DNA of 64,000 bases from a virus (lineage: Duplodnaviria; Caudoviricetes), in IMG/VR virus record IMGVR_UViG_3300037418_002116. One strand, given 5' to 3'. A model generated the notes under the pieces. That model was not told the DNA's origin. It searched no databases and saw only the letters and a program-made list of their open reading frames with translations. Below, in pieces: positions 16,224 through 26,720 of the stretch; the first letter of the stretch is position 1; each line of letters opens with the position of its first letter. A program made the translations under genes and the position numbers.

Positions 16224-16929
16224 CGGCTTTGTAGCCTTTGGAATGGCCATAGGTAATTAGATTGCCGTGTCTTACGCCATTGGCTTTGCTCCATGCTGTA
16301 AGATTGGTTATTTCCTCTTGGCGTCCATCTGGATATGTGACAAGCCATTTTGAAGCCATAGATTTGGAAATTTTATTTTTCCATTCTTCCGAGTGCTTTT
16401 TGCCTCGATTGGCTTCATGCATCTTGGCGGCATTTTCTCGATTAGTATCAATGCGAGTGGCAGCGGATTCACGCAACTTTTCTTTGGTTTCATTCGACAT
16501 TGCCTTACCCTTATTCCAAGGGACGTAATCTTTCTTCGCTTCACGCATTTTCTGCTTGGCTTCCTCTGTGTGTTTCTTACCATAGAATGGATTATCTGGA
16601 CCGGAGAATGAAGGCGGGCGACAATCGATAAGATGGTTCAAAAGGATACCGTGATAATCATAATTCAGACGCCCATATGTTTGAATTAATTCAGCTTCTA
16701 TATCATATGCGGTGCTTTCTTCAAGATTATCATGAAGAATTTTTATTTCTGGGTCTTTGCCGTATAGCTTTCGAATCTTGGCTATTCTGCCGTTCAGTCG
16801 TTTGTTATGGCAATACTCTGGTTTGTCAGTCAGATGTTGTTTGTATCGGTTTCCGGTCCCTTTGCCGATGTATAATGGTCTATCGGAGTTCGGATCGATT
16901 ATAGCGTATACGTAATATTTGTTTGTCAT
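16210..16929 (-). mobile_element. Free-standing GIY-YIG homing endonuclease with NUMOD3 repeats (Seg-like)
   Basis: YYVYAI...LYIGKG, NPFYGKKHTEEAKQKM, GKKHSEEWKNKIS; sits downstream of gp23 with a CTAAATA promoter at 16955-16961. Confidence 0.88.
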
Positions 16930-16964
16930 AGGGTTCCTTGTGGATTACTATGACTATTTAGCTC

Positions 16965-16992
16965 AAAAATAAAGGGAACCGGAGTTCCCTTT
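16965..16992 (-). terminator. gp23 terminator
   Basis: AAAGGGAAC-TCCG-GTTCCCTTT-ATTTTT. Confidence 0.8.
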
Positions 16993-17017
16993 ATGATTTT
17001 CTGTGTTAAACTTAGTT

Positions 17018-18388
17018 TTACACAAGATTTTTTACGACAAAACCACGATAGTAGCTGTTTTTCTTGTTTACGTGAATTGCGCCGTCCGCAGCCGAAGTAG
17101 CGAATGGGTGAGCAACCATACCGTAACGTGTCTTGAAGCCGATCTTAGGCTGGAAAGTATCCTGACCAACTGCACGGTACATCTGTAGAGGGATGTATGG
17201 GCAGTAGAACATACCGGCGTCGAATGACGAAGTACCCTTGTAACCAACTACGGCAATCTGGTTGCCCGCAGAAGAGTTTGCATATGGATCAATGTAAACC
17301 TTGTACTGGCCGAATAGAGTACCAGCGAAGGTGTTACCTGTGTCGTCAACTTCAAGAGTTTCCTTCTGCATTGCCGACTGGTAGTCGAGATAGCCAGCCA
17401 TACGGAAGGCAGATGCTACGTCAGAAGAGCAGAGAACGAAGTTACCCTTACCACGACGGGTTGCCTTGGCAATAGCGTTAGCTTCACGTTCAATCTGGAA
17501 TAGAAGACCCTTGAACTTTTCAACCATCCAACGACCGTTCGAGTCAACGTCCAAGTCGTAATAACCAGCGGTTGCTACGTTGTCCTGTGCACCGATTGTG
17601 GCAGTTGCATAGATCGAACGAATAACTTGACGGTTGATTTCGGCAAGAATTTCTGATGACAGAATGTTTGACAATTCTGTTTCAGCGTCCAAACCGTGCA
17701 CGGCCTTCAAGTCCTGTGCAAGTTCGTGTGAGTATTCAGCCTTCAAAGCACGGGACATTGCTGTTACCGAAATCTTTTCGATGCTGAATGACATTTCTTG
17801 GAACGCATTCTTTGAACCGTCGCCAAGAGCTTCGGCAGCGTTACGTGTCATACCAGTTGCGAAGGTGTAGGCAGTGTTACCAGTTGTGATCAACAACGTT
17901 GGGTCTGTACCTGTCTGAACACCACCAACGGCGGTTACAGAGGCAGTGTTACCAGCCGCAGAAGCAGACCAGTTAGTCTGTGGTTCATTGAAGAGAGCTT
18001 CTGTACCTGTCTGATTCTGGTAGCGAGAACGCAACGCAAAGATCAAACCGGTTGGAAGTGTCATTGGCTGAACGCCGCACAGATCGTAAGCGATCAAGTT
18101 TGGCATCGAACGACGGATCAACGAAATCAACACAGGGTCATAAGTATCGATAGCACCGTCAGATGCGTTCGATGACGAATTACCCATAGAGTTTGTTGGA
18201 GCCGCTTCAAGCAAGTAAGTCAAAGACTGAGTCTTGTCACGGGCAACCGTTTCCATGTTTGCCTTCAACTGGTTTTCCAGAAGAATCGCAACAGTCGAAC
18301 GACGATGCGAATCTCTGATCTTTGGAAGGTCTTCATGGTCAAGGACCGGAGCCCACTTTTCCATCAATGTATTGATATCGTATTCCAT
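17018..18388 (-). CDS. gp23: Major capsid protein
   Basis: DPVLISLIRRSMPNLIAYDLCGVQPM, SRALKAEYSxELAQDLKAVHGLDAE, FQPKIGFKTRYG. Confidence 0.98.
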   Translation of the reverse strand: MEYDINTLMEKWAPVLDHEDLPKIRDSHRRSTVAILLENQLKANMETVARDKTQSLTYLLEAAPTNSMGNSSSNASDGAIDTYDPVLISLIRRSMPNLIAYDLCGVQPMTLPTGLIFALRSRYQNQTGTEALFNEPQTNWSASAAGNTASVTAVGGVQTGTDPTLLITTGNTAYTFATGMTRNAAEALGDGSKNAFQEMSFSIEKISVTAMSRALKAEYSHELAQDLKAVHGLDAETELSNILSSEILAEINRQVIRSIYATATIGAQDNVATAGYYDLDVDSNGRWMVEKFKGLLFQIEREANAIAKATRRGKGNFVLCSSDVASAFRMAGYLDYQSAMQKETLEVDDTGNTFAGTLFGQYKVYIDPYANSSAGNQIAVVGYKGTSSFDAGMFYCPYIPLQMYRAVGQDTFQPKIGFKTRYGMVAHPFATSAADGAIHVNKKNSYYRGFVVKNLV

Positions 18389-18433
18389 TTTTACTTTAAT
18401 CTCCTGTTAGGAATTCTTTAATATATTTAGCAA

Positions 18434-19693
18434 TTAGCGATTTTTACGAAGATTCTTGGTCATCATAGAAGCAATTGCCTGTCCAACTGGATTTACATCC
18501 TTAGCTGTCGAAGCATCTACTTCTTCTGTAATAACAACTGGTTCATCGTCGGCGTCGATAGAAGTCTTCTTTACATCCTTAGCGAAGTAAGATTCTTTCA
18601 AGTCTTTAATCTGACTTACGAAGTCTTCTTCATCTTCGAATTCGATGCCTTCTGCGAGCATAACTAGACGTTCTTTCTGATTTGCAGAAAGACCATCTAC
18701 ATGTTCCATCACCAATGCAGTTTTCTTTGATTCATTAAGTTCGTTTGCGAGAGCAACGTTCTTATTGATTTCTTCGTCAAGAGAAGCTTCAAGTGTTCCA
18801 ACACGGGAAACAAGTTCTTCAACAATGTCTACTTTGTCATCTGGGATTTCAATGTAGTGTTCTTCGAAGAGATTCTTCAAACCAACTAGGAATGATTCAG
18901 CGATTTCTGTACGAACGTTCGACTGAATTTCAACCTTATTTTCTTCAAGCCATTCAGAAACAACCTTATCAAGGTAGTCGTCCATCTTTTCTACAAGATT
19001 TTCAACGAATACTTCCTGATCCTTTTCATTCTGTTCAAGAATCTGGTCCACTACTTCCGAAATAACTTCGTTAGCAGCCGCAATAACAGCGGTTTCGAAA
19101 ATGTTCTTTGTCTTTTCCTTGAACGATTCAGTCAAATCTTCCTTGCCGAGCAAAGCAGCAAGGTGTTCAGAGATATCCAAGTCTTCCTTGGTTACCTTAC
19201 GAACTTTGATATCGACTTCCTGACCGCCCTTGTCGTCATCGCTCGAATCGTCGTCTGAATCATCTGAGTCAGAGTCGTCATCGCCACCAGCGGCATCGGC
19301 AGGCTTCTTAAGCTTGGTGATCTTACCGGCGTTGTTGTCGTCGGCCTGATTGTCGTTGTCGTCATCAACATCATCGTTCATGTCTTCATCGGCAGCTTCA
19401 CCAATGACAGAAGCCTTATCCTTCTGCTTGAACTTCTTATGGTTGATGTCTTTCTGATTGTCGTTCTTGGCCTTATCAATGCCAGCTTCGATCTTCGAAT
19501 TGTCGGCAGAGACGTTATCAACGTCGCCGGGAAGGTCTGGACCGGTCTTCTTAAGGTCTTTCTTCGTAGGAACGTTCTTACGCTTGTCGAAAACAACGTC
19601 TGGAACTTCCGAAGTTTTGTCGTCTGACTTGAACGCTTCTTCAAGAGCCTTTTCTTTTACTGACTTTTTGATTTCATTCAAAAGCTTTGACAT
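18434..19693 (-). CDS. gp22: Prohead core scaffold protein
   Basis: Acidic coiled coil with LxESFKEK...IFETAV, AESFLVGLKNLFEEHYIEIP; adjacent to gp23. Confidence 0.92.
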   Translation of the reverse strand: MSKLLNEIKKSVKEKALEEAFKSDDKTSEVPDVVFDKRKNVPTKKDLKKTGPDLPGDVDNVSADNSKIEAGIDKAKNDNQKDINHKKFKQKDKASVIGEAADEDMNDDVDDDNDNQADDNNAGKITKLKKPADAAGGDDDSDSDDSDDDSSDDDKGGQEVDIKVRKVTKEDLDISEHLAALLGKEDLTESFKEKTKNIFETAVIAAANEVISEVVDQILEQNEKDQEVFVENLVEKMDDYLDKVVSEWLEENKVEIQSNVRTEIAESFLVGLKNLFEEHYIEIPDDKVDIVEELVSRVGTLEASLDEEINKNVALANELNESKKTALVMEHVDGLSANQKERLVMLAEGIEFEDEEDFVSQIKDLKESYFAKDVKKTSIDADDEPVVITEEVDASTAKDVNPVGQAIASMMTKNLRKNR

Positions 19694-19762
19694 GTTAACT
19701 GTATTCTCCTAGAGAGTTATAATTTCTTGTTTTATTTAGCAAATGGAGTATTTTGACAGTTA

Positions 19763-20404
19763 TTATGCCAAATACTTACGGAACGCTTTTAGGAACTGCG
19801 CTTCACGCAATTCTCTATCTTTCACGCTCTTTACAATCTCGATTTCTTCTACAAGTTGTTCTTTCTTGCGCCATTCTAGACCGTCGAAAATCCATTCGAC
19901 GTTTTCAACTAGAGACTCAACGAAACAACCCGGTCCCGATGGTTCAGCCACGATATCGACTGTCATCAATTTGAAATCCGGCTGAACAACCTTCATGCCG
20001 TTCGATTCTTTGATCGAACCAAGGCCACGGCTGGACACACCAAGGCGAATACCTTCGTCCAAAAAGGTCTTTGCGATCTTGCCGCATGGGGTATCGAGAA
20101 TCTTAGCTTTACCGAAAACAACGTTTTCGTTCATGCTCAAAGCAGTGATGATGTGAGATACACGGTCGAGATTGAGCGTTGGATTGGATGGATGGCCAAG
20201 TTCGCCCATGGCACGGTTTTCAGAGATAATCTGTGAATAACGGCCCAATTCATTTTCAAGAACAGAGCGGGGATAAACACGCTTGTTTCCATTCAAAGTT
20301 TCAGCAACCATGAATGGACCTTTGATAAAGTATTGCTTGATACCGTTCTTTTCTTCTGTCAGAAATTCAATTTGTTCGTCAAGTTCTTCTGTAAGTAGAA
20401 ACAT
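19763..20404 (-). CDS. gp21: Prohead protease
   Basis: NGNKRVYP, GELGHP, LGVSSRGLGS, VDIVAEPS. Confidence 0.97.
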   Translation of the reverse strand: MFLLTEELDEQIEFLTEEKNGIKQYFIKGPFMVAETLNGNKRVYPRSVLENELGRYSQIISENRAMGELGHPSNPTLNLDRVSHIITALSMNENVVFGKAKILDTPCGKIAKTFLDEGIRLGVSSRGLGSIKESNGMKVVQPDFKLMTVDIVAEPSGPGCFVESLVENVEWIFDGLEWRKKEQLVEEIEIVKSVKDRELREAQFLKAFRKYLA

Positions 20405-20409
20405 TCTTT

Positions 20410-20703
20410 TTATTGTTTAACCTCTTTTGTAGGCTTTTTCTTTTTGAAGCGGTCAAAAAGACCTTTCTTCTTTTCTTTTGGGAGAGAGGCTACTTTCTGG
20501 CCAAGTGCGTAGTTCTGTGAACCATGCCAATTAGTCAAATCCTGCCAATCCTGTTTAAAGCCTTCATTGAATACAGACTGTGCAGCAATTGCGTTCACAT
20601 CTTCTGCAATCTGTTCCAAAGCTTTTTCTTCAAGCTTAGATTTGATGGATTCCACAAAACTTGTTGGGGAACCTTCGTAAAGCTTCAATAGTTCATTTTT
20701 CAT
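20410..20703 (-). CDS. Prohead core protein (gp67-like)
   Basis: Start at ATG 20703 (TAATG overlap), MKNELLKLYEGSPTSF; position between gp20 and gp21. Confidence 0.6.
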   Translation of the reverse strand: MKNELLKLYEGSPTSFVESIKSKLEEKALEQIAEDVNAIAAQSVFNEGFKQDWQDLTNWHGSQNYALGQKVASLPKEKKKGLFDRFKKKKPTKEVKQ

Positions 20704-21404
20704 TAGTGACCCTTTACGTGTTTGTCCCATTCGGTTTCTTTTGGGGTGGCCTTCATAATCATGCTCTTCCATGAACGTTCTTTGTCAGCCACAGTACGGC
20801 GCTTTTTATTCACAACGAAGGTCGTGAACGATTTGCCGTTCTTTCCACCACGTGTGGTCGAGATAGTATGAGCGCCCATGTCTTCTTTGACGGGCTCTAC
20901 TTCTTCCTTCGTCAACTTATCGACGGCTTTACGAATGCCTTTGTCACGCTTCGCAGCAGTCTTTTCGTATTCAGCCGCTCTTGAAGCAGTGTAATCTATA
21001 TTCTTTTTGGAATGACCTTCATCTCTCTGAATACGTTCATCACGACGAGCATTAAACCCAAGAGTATGATTCATTGTAGAATTGTCATGTGCAGACTTGA
21101 CATATCTTCCAAGTCTTTCCTTGGAAATTTCGTCAAGCTGTTCTACTTCTTCTGAAAGATCGCCTTTAAGTTTCTTGATCTTTTCAGGCTTTTTATTAGT
21201 AATTTTGTCCTGAATTTTTGCGTTATCAGTAGCAACTACGTTTTCGTCTCTGTCTGCCTGTGCACTTTCTTCAAATACTTCCGGAGCGACTTCTGTAGCT
21301 ACGGATTCACAAATACTATTAGCCTTTTCGGCCAACTTTGCTCTGATGTCATCAAAGAATTTTGTAGGTGAGCCTTCCATAAGGCTAATAAGTGATTTCT
21401 TCAT
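20703..21404 (-). CDS. Prohead core / internal head protein
   Basis: N-terminus paralogous to the 20410 gene; carries the ExLxEISK..L..Y module. Confidence 0.65.
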   Translation of the reverse strand: MKKSLISLMEGSPTKFFDDIRAKLAEKANSICESVATEVAPEVFEESAQADRDENVVATDNAKIQDKITNKKPEKIKKLKGDLSEEVEQLDEISKERLGRYVKSAHDNSTMNHTLGFNARRDERIQRDEGHSKKNIDYTASRAAEYEKTAAKRDKGIRKAVDKLTKEEVEPVKEDMGAHTISTTRGGKNGKSFTTFVVNKKRRTVADKERSWKSMIMKATPKETEWDKHVKGH

Positions 21405-21409
21405 TGTTA

Positions 21410-22228
21410 TTAATCCTTTGATAGTTTCTTTTTTCTAGCAAGAGTGTTAAGCCCTCTTACTCTATTATAAAACTTCTTATTATTGTTTTGACTTTTACCG
21501 TCATAGGCCAATATTTGACCTTCTGCATCGCCTTTATATTTTGACAATTTTTCCTGTGACAATTCTTCCAAAGGTTCGATTTCTTCTTTGGTAAGTTTGT
21601 CTACAGCTTTCGCCATGTTCTGACGACGCTTCCAAGATTTTTCAAAAAATTTGTCTGCCAGCTTGGAGTCTTTTTCGCCTTGCTGGTAGTTGGCGTAATT
21701 CTTGTTCTTGATTTCGTCTCTAACTCTATTGGCACGGTCACCATAACGTCCGGTTGCCGCAGATTTAGTTGCCAAATCATGGGAAGCTTTCTTTAAATAC
21801 GAACCAAGAGTAGCCTTTGAGAGTTCTTCCAAAGGTTCTACAGCTTCGGAACGAAGCGCACGTTCATTGGTTGTGTATGTCTTGCCGACAAAGTTTGTAT
21901 TTTTGCCAGACTTTGAAGCAGCGAAGTCGTTCAACTGATTGTAGGCGTCACGATCATCTGGACGCTTAATATTTTTGATACGAGCGTCGTTTCTCTTCTT
22001 TGGCTTCGTAGGAGCGCCAGTCAATTCGTCTGTATCGTCTTCAATATCCACATTATCGAGATGCTGTTTCATCATTGCCTTGTGACCGGGGGTCATTTCA
22101 GCAAGTAGCGCTTCCGACAAATCAACGACCAAATCGGCAACGACCGATTCCGCCTTTTCGGAGATAGACTCCGTTAGAGGGGTGAAATCACCCTTCAACA
22201 AATCAAGAATGTTTTGTTTCTTAAGCAT
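21410..22228 (-). CDS. Internal head protein with repeated EPLEELS modules
   Basis: Two EPLEELS(K/Q) modules; CATAAATA late promoter upstream. Confidence 0.65.
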   Translation of the reverse strand: MLKKQNILDLLKGDFTPLTESISEKAESVVADLVVDLSEALLAEMTPGHKAMMKQHLDNVDIEDDTDELTGAPTKPKKRNDARIKNIKRPDDRDAYNQLNDFAASKSGKNTNFVGKTYTTNERALRSEAVEPLEELSKATLGSYLKKASHDLATKSAATGRYGDRANRVRDEIKNKNYANYQQGEKDSKLADKFFEKSWKRRQNMAKAVDKLTKEEIEPLEELSQEKLSKYKGDAEGQILAYDGKSQNNNKKFYNRVRGLNTLARKKKLSKD

Positions 22229-22271
22229 TTAGGTATCCTATATTGTTCAAATATTTATGAAAAATAGGATT

Positions 22272-23966
22272 TTAGCTAAACCACTTCTGTTTTGGGTTAG
22301 CGTTATCCTCTTTGTCGTCATCATCTTGATCCTGTCCCGGCATTCCACCAGCATCTTGACCGGATGGAGCGCCAAATTGGTCACCACCGGGCATTCCGCC
22401 CATGCCACCGCCCATAGGATCACCGAAACCGCCACCATCCATACCCATGCCGCCGCCGAAGCCGGACATCTGGTACTCGGGTTCTTCATCGATTTCTTTC
22501 TTGATTTGAATCCATTCTTCTTCTGACATATGCAGAACGTTTGTACGGACCCAAGTCTGTGAATAAAATTTTCCAATGTATGGTTCGATATCACGCAAGT
22601 TTGAAATACGAGCCTGCATGATTTCGCCTTCTTTCAACTCTGTGAAGAAGTTATTTTCATTCCATACAATGAGAATGTCGTCTTTGTACTTGTCCCATTC
22701 TGTAGAAGTCAAAACCGACTTCAAAATCAATTGATCGCCAAGAATATCAAGAAATACTTCTGCGAAACGTGAACGAAGACGATTTACGAAATCCGAAAAC
22801 TTCACTTCGTCACGAGAGATTTCTGATGGACGGCCAATATTGAAACCACCTTCGGAATCGAGGCGACCGATTGGCACTTCCAAGGCTTCGTAAAGCTTCT
22901 TTTTGAAGTACTCAACGTCGGTAATCTGGCCAAGATTTTCACCGGCTGGCAATGTTTCAACCGTCGTGCCCTTACCGTCACGTTGTGGGAACCAAAAGTC
23001 TTCCAACATCGTGGCAATACGCTTGTCGTCTGAAACCTGTCCTGTTTCCGGATCGAATTTCAGTTTCTTATTGTGCTTGCGCATGATTTCAGCCACATAT
23101 TGTTCGGCTTTCATCTTAGGCAAGTTGCCAACTTCGATATTGAAAATTCTTCTTTCTGGCGCACGGGCAATACGATAGATCACCACGGCATCTTCCATCA
23201 TGCGAAGCGTGTTATACGCCTTGATCGCCTTATGGAGATTTGAGAGGATCATTGTATTGTCATTGTTACGAATACCCGAGTGAACATAGGTAATCGAGTT
23301 CGGTGAAATCGGAATACCTTGTGGGTTCTTACGATTGACACCGGAACCATTGTACACAAAGTATTCAATATATTTCTTGTTTACTTCCAAGCTGTTTGTG
23401 ATGATGTTAGCATAGCTTGGGATTCGCTTATTGTTTTTGATAAGCTCTTTTACTTTTTTGATCTTTCGAGGATCGACATTACGAAGTTCAAAGATACCGT
23501 TGGCTGGATTTTGTTCATCGATCATCTTATGATAGTAGATACGACCATCCACATACCATTGACGGAAAATATGATAGCAATCTTTCTTGAAGTTCATCAT
23601 CTTCAAGATGGCATCGAATTCTTTCTTGATTGCGTGGCGAGTGTTTTCCCCGATATCGATCTTCTGTGTGTCGATATCGACCGGGCCGGTTGGTGAGGCA
23701 TAGTCGAAGGCTTCATTGATAATGTCCTGAATCGCCTTATCGACTTCCTGTTGTTCAGAAAGTAGTCTATATTTTGTGATAAGAGCGGCTTCATCAACAG
23801 TAGAATTGTCGAGAGCAACGCCATAATTGTAGAAGCCCGATGCATTGGAACCGATTTCCAATGCACCGTCGTTATCCGATTTTTCGATAACTTGAAGGGT
23901 TGACGCCTCACGAATTTTACGTTCTTCGTCAACGCCTTTATTAAGCTTATAGCCAAAAAATCTCAT
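22272..23966 (-). CDS. gp20: Portal vertex protein
   Basis: FRQWYVDGRIYYH, MEDAVVIYRIARAPERRIF, EDFWFPQRDG. Confidence 0.98.
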   Translation of the reverse strand: MRFFGYKLNKGVDEERKIREASTLQVIEKSDNDGALEIGSNASGFYNYGVALDNSTVDEAALITKYRLLSEQQEVDKAIQDIINEAFDYASPTGPVDIDTQKIDIGENTRHAIKKEFDAILKMMNFKKDCYHIFRQWYVDGRIYYHKMIDEQNPANGIFELRNVDPRKIKKVKELIKNNKRIPSYANIITNSLEVNKKYIEYFVYNGSGVNRKNPQGIPISPNSITYVHSGIRNNDNTMILSNLHKAIKAYNTLRMMEDAVVIYRIARAPERRIFNIEVGNLPKMKAEQYVAEIMRKHNKKLKFDPETGQVSDDKRIATMLEDFWFPQRDGKGTTVETLPAGENLGQITDVEYFKKKLYEALEVPIGRLDSEGGFNIGRPSEISRDEVKFSDFVNRLRSRFAEVFLDILGDQLILKSVLTSTEWDKYKDDILIVWNENNFFTELKEGEIMQARISNLRDIEPYIGKFYSQTWVRTNVLHMSEEEWIQIKKEIDEEPEYQMSGFGGGMGMDGGGFGDPMGGGMGGMPGGDQFGAPSGQDAGGMPGQDQDDDDKEDNANPKQKWFS

Positions 23967-24008
23967 GATACCCTTTTCTATTTAACTATATTGAATATAT
24001 AGCTAATT

Positions 24009-24569
24009 TTAGATATCAGTACCGCCAGCGAAGCCAGTTGTGCTTTGATCACCAGAGGTCCAGTAGTCAACGGAGAAGGAAACTGGATAGCTGATAACGT
24101 CATCCTGTCCCCAATCCATGCCGATAGAACCGACAGAAATAGGCCAAATACCGTTGAACTTGTATTCACGAAGAACGTTGCCGTTCTGTGAGTAAAGAGT
24201 TACGTCGGCAATCGACTTGTAGAGCGACTGTTCAGAAGTTGGGAGTCTTCTAATGTTGCCAATTGGTGAGTTGATTGAGTTTACCCATTCTTCCATTGCA
24301 TTACGGATCAAGTGATCTTCATCACCAATGATAGTAACTTCCCAATCGGAATAGTTCTGGGTTACACCAGCAACTTTGATCGCACGGCCAAAATAAGAAA
24401 CCGAAATTGGGTTCGTATCTTTCTGTGGAACGTTTGTCGCACGGCAGAGGAATGGCAGAACTGAGTCAGCCTGTCCGTTTACCGGGTTGGTGATTTTCAC
24501 CTGAAAAAGGTTCGTTCTTGCGCCACCGTAACGAAGAGCCGAACGAAATGAATTGATGTTAAAAGCCAT
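24009..24569 (-). CDS. gp19: Tail tube protein
   Basis: GGARTNLFQV, YFGRAIKVAG, YKFNGIWP; TATAAATA at 24602-24609. Confidence 0.95.
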   Translation of the reverse strand: MAFNINSFRSALRYGGARTNLFQVKITNPVNGQADSVLPFLCRATNVPQKDTNPISVSYFGRAIKVAGVTQNYSDWEVTIIGDEDHLIRNAMEEWVNSINSPIGNIRRLPTSEQSLYKSIADVTLYSQNGNVLREYKFNGIWPISVGSIGMDWGQDDVISYPVSFSVDYWTSGDQSTTGFAGGTDI

Positions 24570-24621
24570 GGTTAAACTCCAAGTTTCTTATTATTTTCTT
24601 ATATTTATAAGGGTATAGACG

Positions 24622-24652
24622 AAAAAAGGCTGGCATCTTTCGACACCAGCCC
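24622..24652 (-). terminator. Terminator after gp18
   Basis: GGGCTGGTGTC-GAAA-GATGCCAGCC-TTTTTT. Confidence 0.8.
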
Positions 24653-24708
24653 AAAGTTATTAGTCTACATTCTTCTTATTGTTGTAAGTATTTATGATAA
24701 TCAAAAGA

Positions 24709-26628
24709 TTACTCACCAAACTTACCTACGATTTCTTCGAATGCAACACCGGTACGGGTAGCGATGAAGTTCAAGCGAATGAATTCAGCTACACGTGCTG
24801 GCTTGATATAAATGTCACCTACCAATTCGTTGCGGTCGATAACTTCCGGAGTGTTGTTTGTTTCGTCGCAAACAACTTTGAAGTCATAGATACCACGACG
24901 GCCCTGAATATCACGCAAGAATGGTTCAACCATGTTGCGGAACTGTGCACGTGTGAATTCATCGTTGAATTCAAACAACTGGTAACGTGATGCCTTCGCA
25001 ATCGCCTTTTCGAGAACGATGAACAGACGACGGACGTTGATGCGGTCGAAAGCCGATGGCTTCGAAAGCAAGGTCTTCTGTCCGAAGAGAACCGTTCCAT
25101 CACCGGGGAATGTTGCCACCGGATTGATGTTGTTCTTGTAGAGCGTGTCACGGTCTGCTTGACGTGGATTCCAAGCGAGCTTGATCACGTTCTTGATCTG
25201 GCCACGGTTGAAACCGGCAGCGGCCCACCAAGGATCACGGTCTGTGTCGGTCTTAACGTGCAGACCGGCAATGTCACCGTTCATTGGAACGTAGCGGTAC
25301 AAATCGTTGTAACGATCATACTGCCATTTCCAGTTGTTATCGAGAGCCGCATATGAAGTAACAGGTAGAGTATTTCTGTATGTTACGATATCTGTAGCTT
25401 CGTCGCCCTTGTTGTTAACGGCATAGGCACGTGGTGGAGACAAGAACGCAACGCAATCAAGACGAACTTCACAGATATTGTTGATGATATATGTCGCCAA
25501 AGTCTGTGTAGCATCCGAACCAATAAGGATCGAAACTTCAACATCTTCCGGAGAAGCAAACAATGAATAACCACGAATCTTTTCAGAGTTTCCGATAGTT
25601 GTTCCATCAGAACCATGATCAAGCGAGTTATCGATTGGCAAAGTACCAGTCACAAAGGTTGTGGTTGATGCTTGGCTACCAGCGTTTGTCAAAGATGAAG
25701 GATGACCGGCCCAACGGATGTAGTCAGACTGTTGATTGATCACTTCCTTGTAATATGAAGTCGCACCATTGTCATACTTGGCATCAGCCGCCTTCGATAC
25801 TTTCTGGTATACTTCAAGAACTTCGCCACGCTGATTTGTCCATAGACCATCTTCGTCAACAACAACGATATGCATTTCGTCGGCAGAACCACCAAGGTTA
25901 GCAACGTAGTCGGAAGTACCCGGAGCGTTGTCAACTACAGTGTAGAATTCCCAACGACGCACGGCTGTTTGAGCCGTGCCACCAGCAAGGTGACGTGAAT
26001 CGAGAACCAACGAAGTTGTGTTGGAAATTGTTGCAACAGAGTGTGTTTCACCATTGATAACCAAAAGATCACCAACAACAAGTTGAGTGGTGAAGCTTGT
26101 TCCTGAACCGGTAACTGTTGTTGTGTTTGCAGTAACAGAAACCGTACCAGTCAAAGTAGACTGATAAGCAGATGCAGAAGGGCAAACAGATACTTTCAAA
26201 GAGTTACCCATTGCGCCAGCGAACTTAGCAATCCATGGGCCTGTATTGAAAGATGTTTGAAGATTTCCGGTATCGTATGAAGATGAATATTCATCATCGT
26301 TACGAACAAGAAAGCCCGCCGTACCGGCAGAAGCATTGGTTGCTCTTAGAGCGGTATTGGCGTTGTTGTCGTTAACAACACGAACAACCCAAAGATTGTT
26401 TGCGTATGCCAAGAAATTAGCAGCCGAGAACCAATCGTTGGCTACGGTATTATTTGGCTTCCAGAATGTATCAACAAGTTCTTGTTCAGAATCGATACTG
26501 ACAAGCTGATCTACTGGCCCCCACTGAAACGCACCGGCCAAACCACCTTCCGTAGTCGAAACCGCAGGAATAATGTTGGTTGTGTCGAATTCTTTTACGT
26601 ACACACCGGCTGATAAATAGAATGGCAT
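24709..26628 (-). CDS. gp18: Tail sheath protein
   Basis: SAGVYVKE, WWAAAGFNRG, FDRINVRRLF, IYIKPAR. Confidence 0.98.
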   Translation of the reverse strand: MPFYLSAGVYVKEFDTTNIIPAVSTTEGGLAGAFQWGPVDQLVSIDSEQELVDTFWKPNNTVANDWFSAANFLAYANNLWVVRVVNDNNANTALRATNASAGTAGFLVRNDDEYSSSYDTGNLQTSFNTGPWIAKFAGAMGNSLKVSVCPSASAYQSTLTGTVSVTANTTTVTGSGTSFTTQLVVGDLLVINGETHSVATISNTTSLVLDSRHLAGGTAQTAVRRWEFYTVVDNAPGTSDYVANLGGSADEMHIVVVDEDGLWTNQRGEVLEVYQKVSKAADAKYDNGATSYYKEVINQQSDYIRWAGHPSSLTNAGSQASTTTFVTGTLPIDNSLDHGSDGTTIGNSEKIRGYSLFASPEDVEVSILIGSDATQTLATYIINNICEVRLDCVAFLSPPRAYAVNNKGDEATDIVTYRNTLPVTSYAALDNNWKWQYDRYNDLYRYVPMNGDIAGLHVKTDTDRDPWWAAAGFNRGQIKNVIKLAWNPRQADRDTLYKNNINPVATFPGDGTVLFGQKTLLSKPSAFDRINVRRLFIVLEKAIAKASRYQLFEFNDEFTRAQFRNMVEPFLRDIQGRRGIYDFKVVCDETNNTPEVIDRNELVGDIYIKPARVAEFIRLNFIATRTGVAFEEIVGKFGE

Positions 26629-26720
26629 TGGGTAAATACTCCCTTATTATTATTGTTTTATGCAGGAGTATTTAGGAAACGGCCCTTTTTAACTTAATTT
26701 TGACCTAAAAATGGTCAATT

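Noticed and set aside
22247-22594. Gly/Met-rich and acidic low-complexity region with overlapping ORFs
   Set aside because: It is the ordinary disordered C-terminal tail of gp20; the alternative frames are artefacts.
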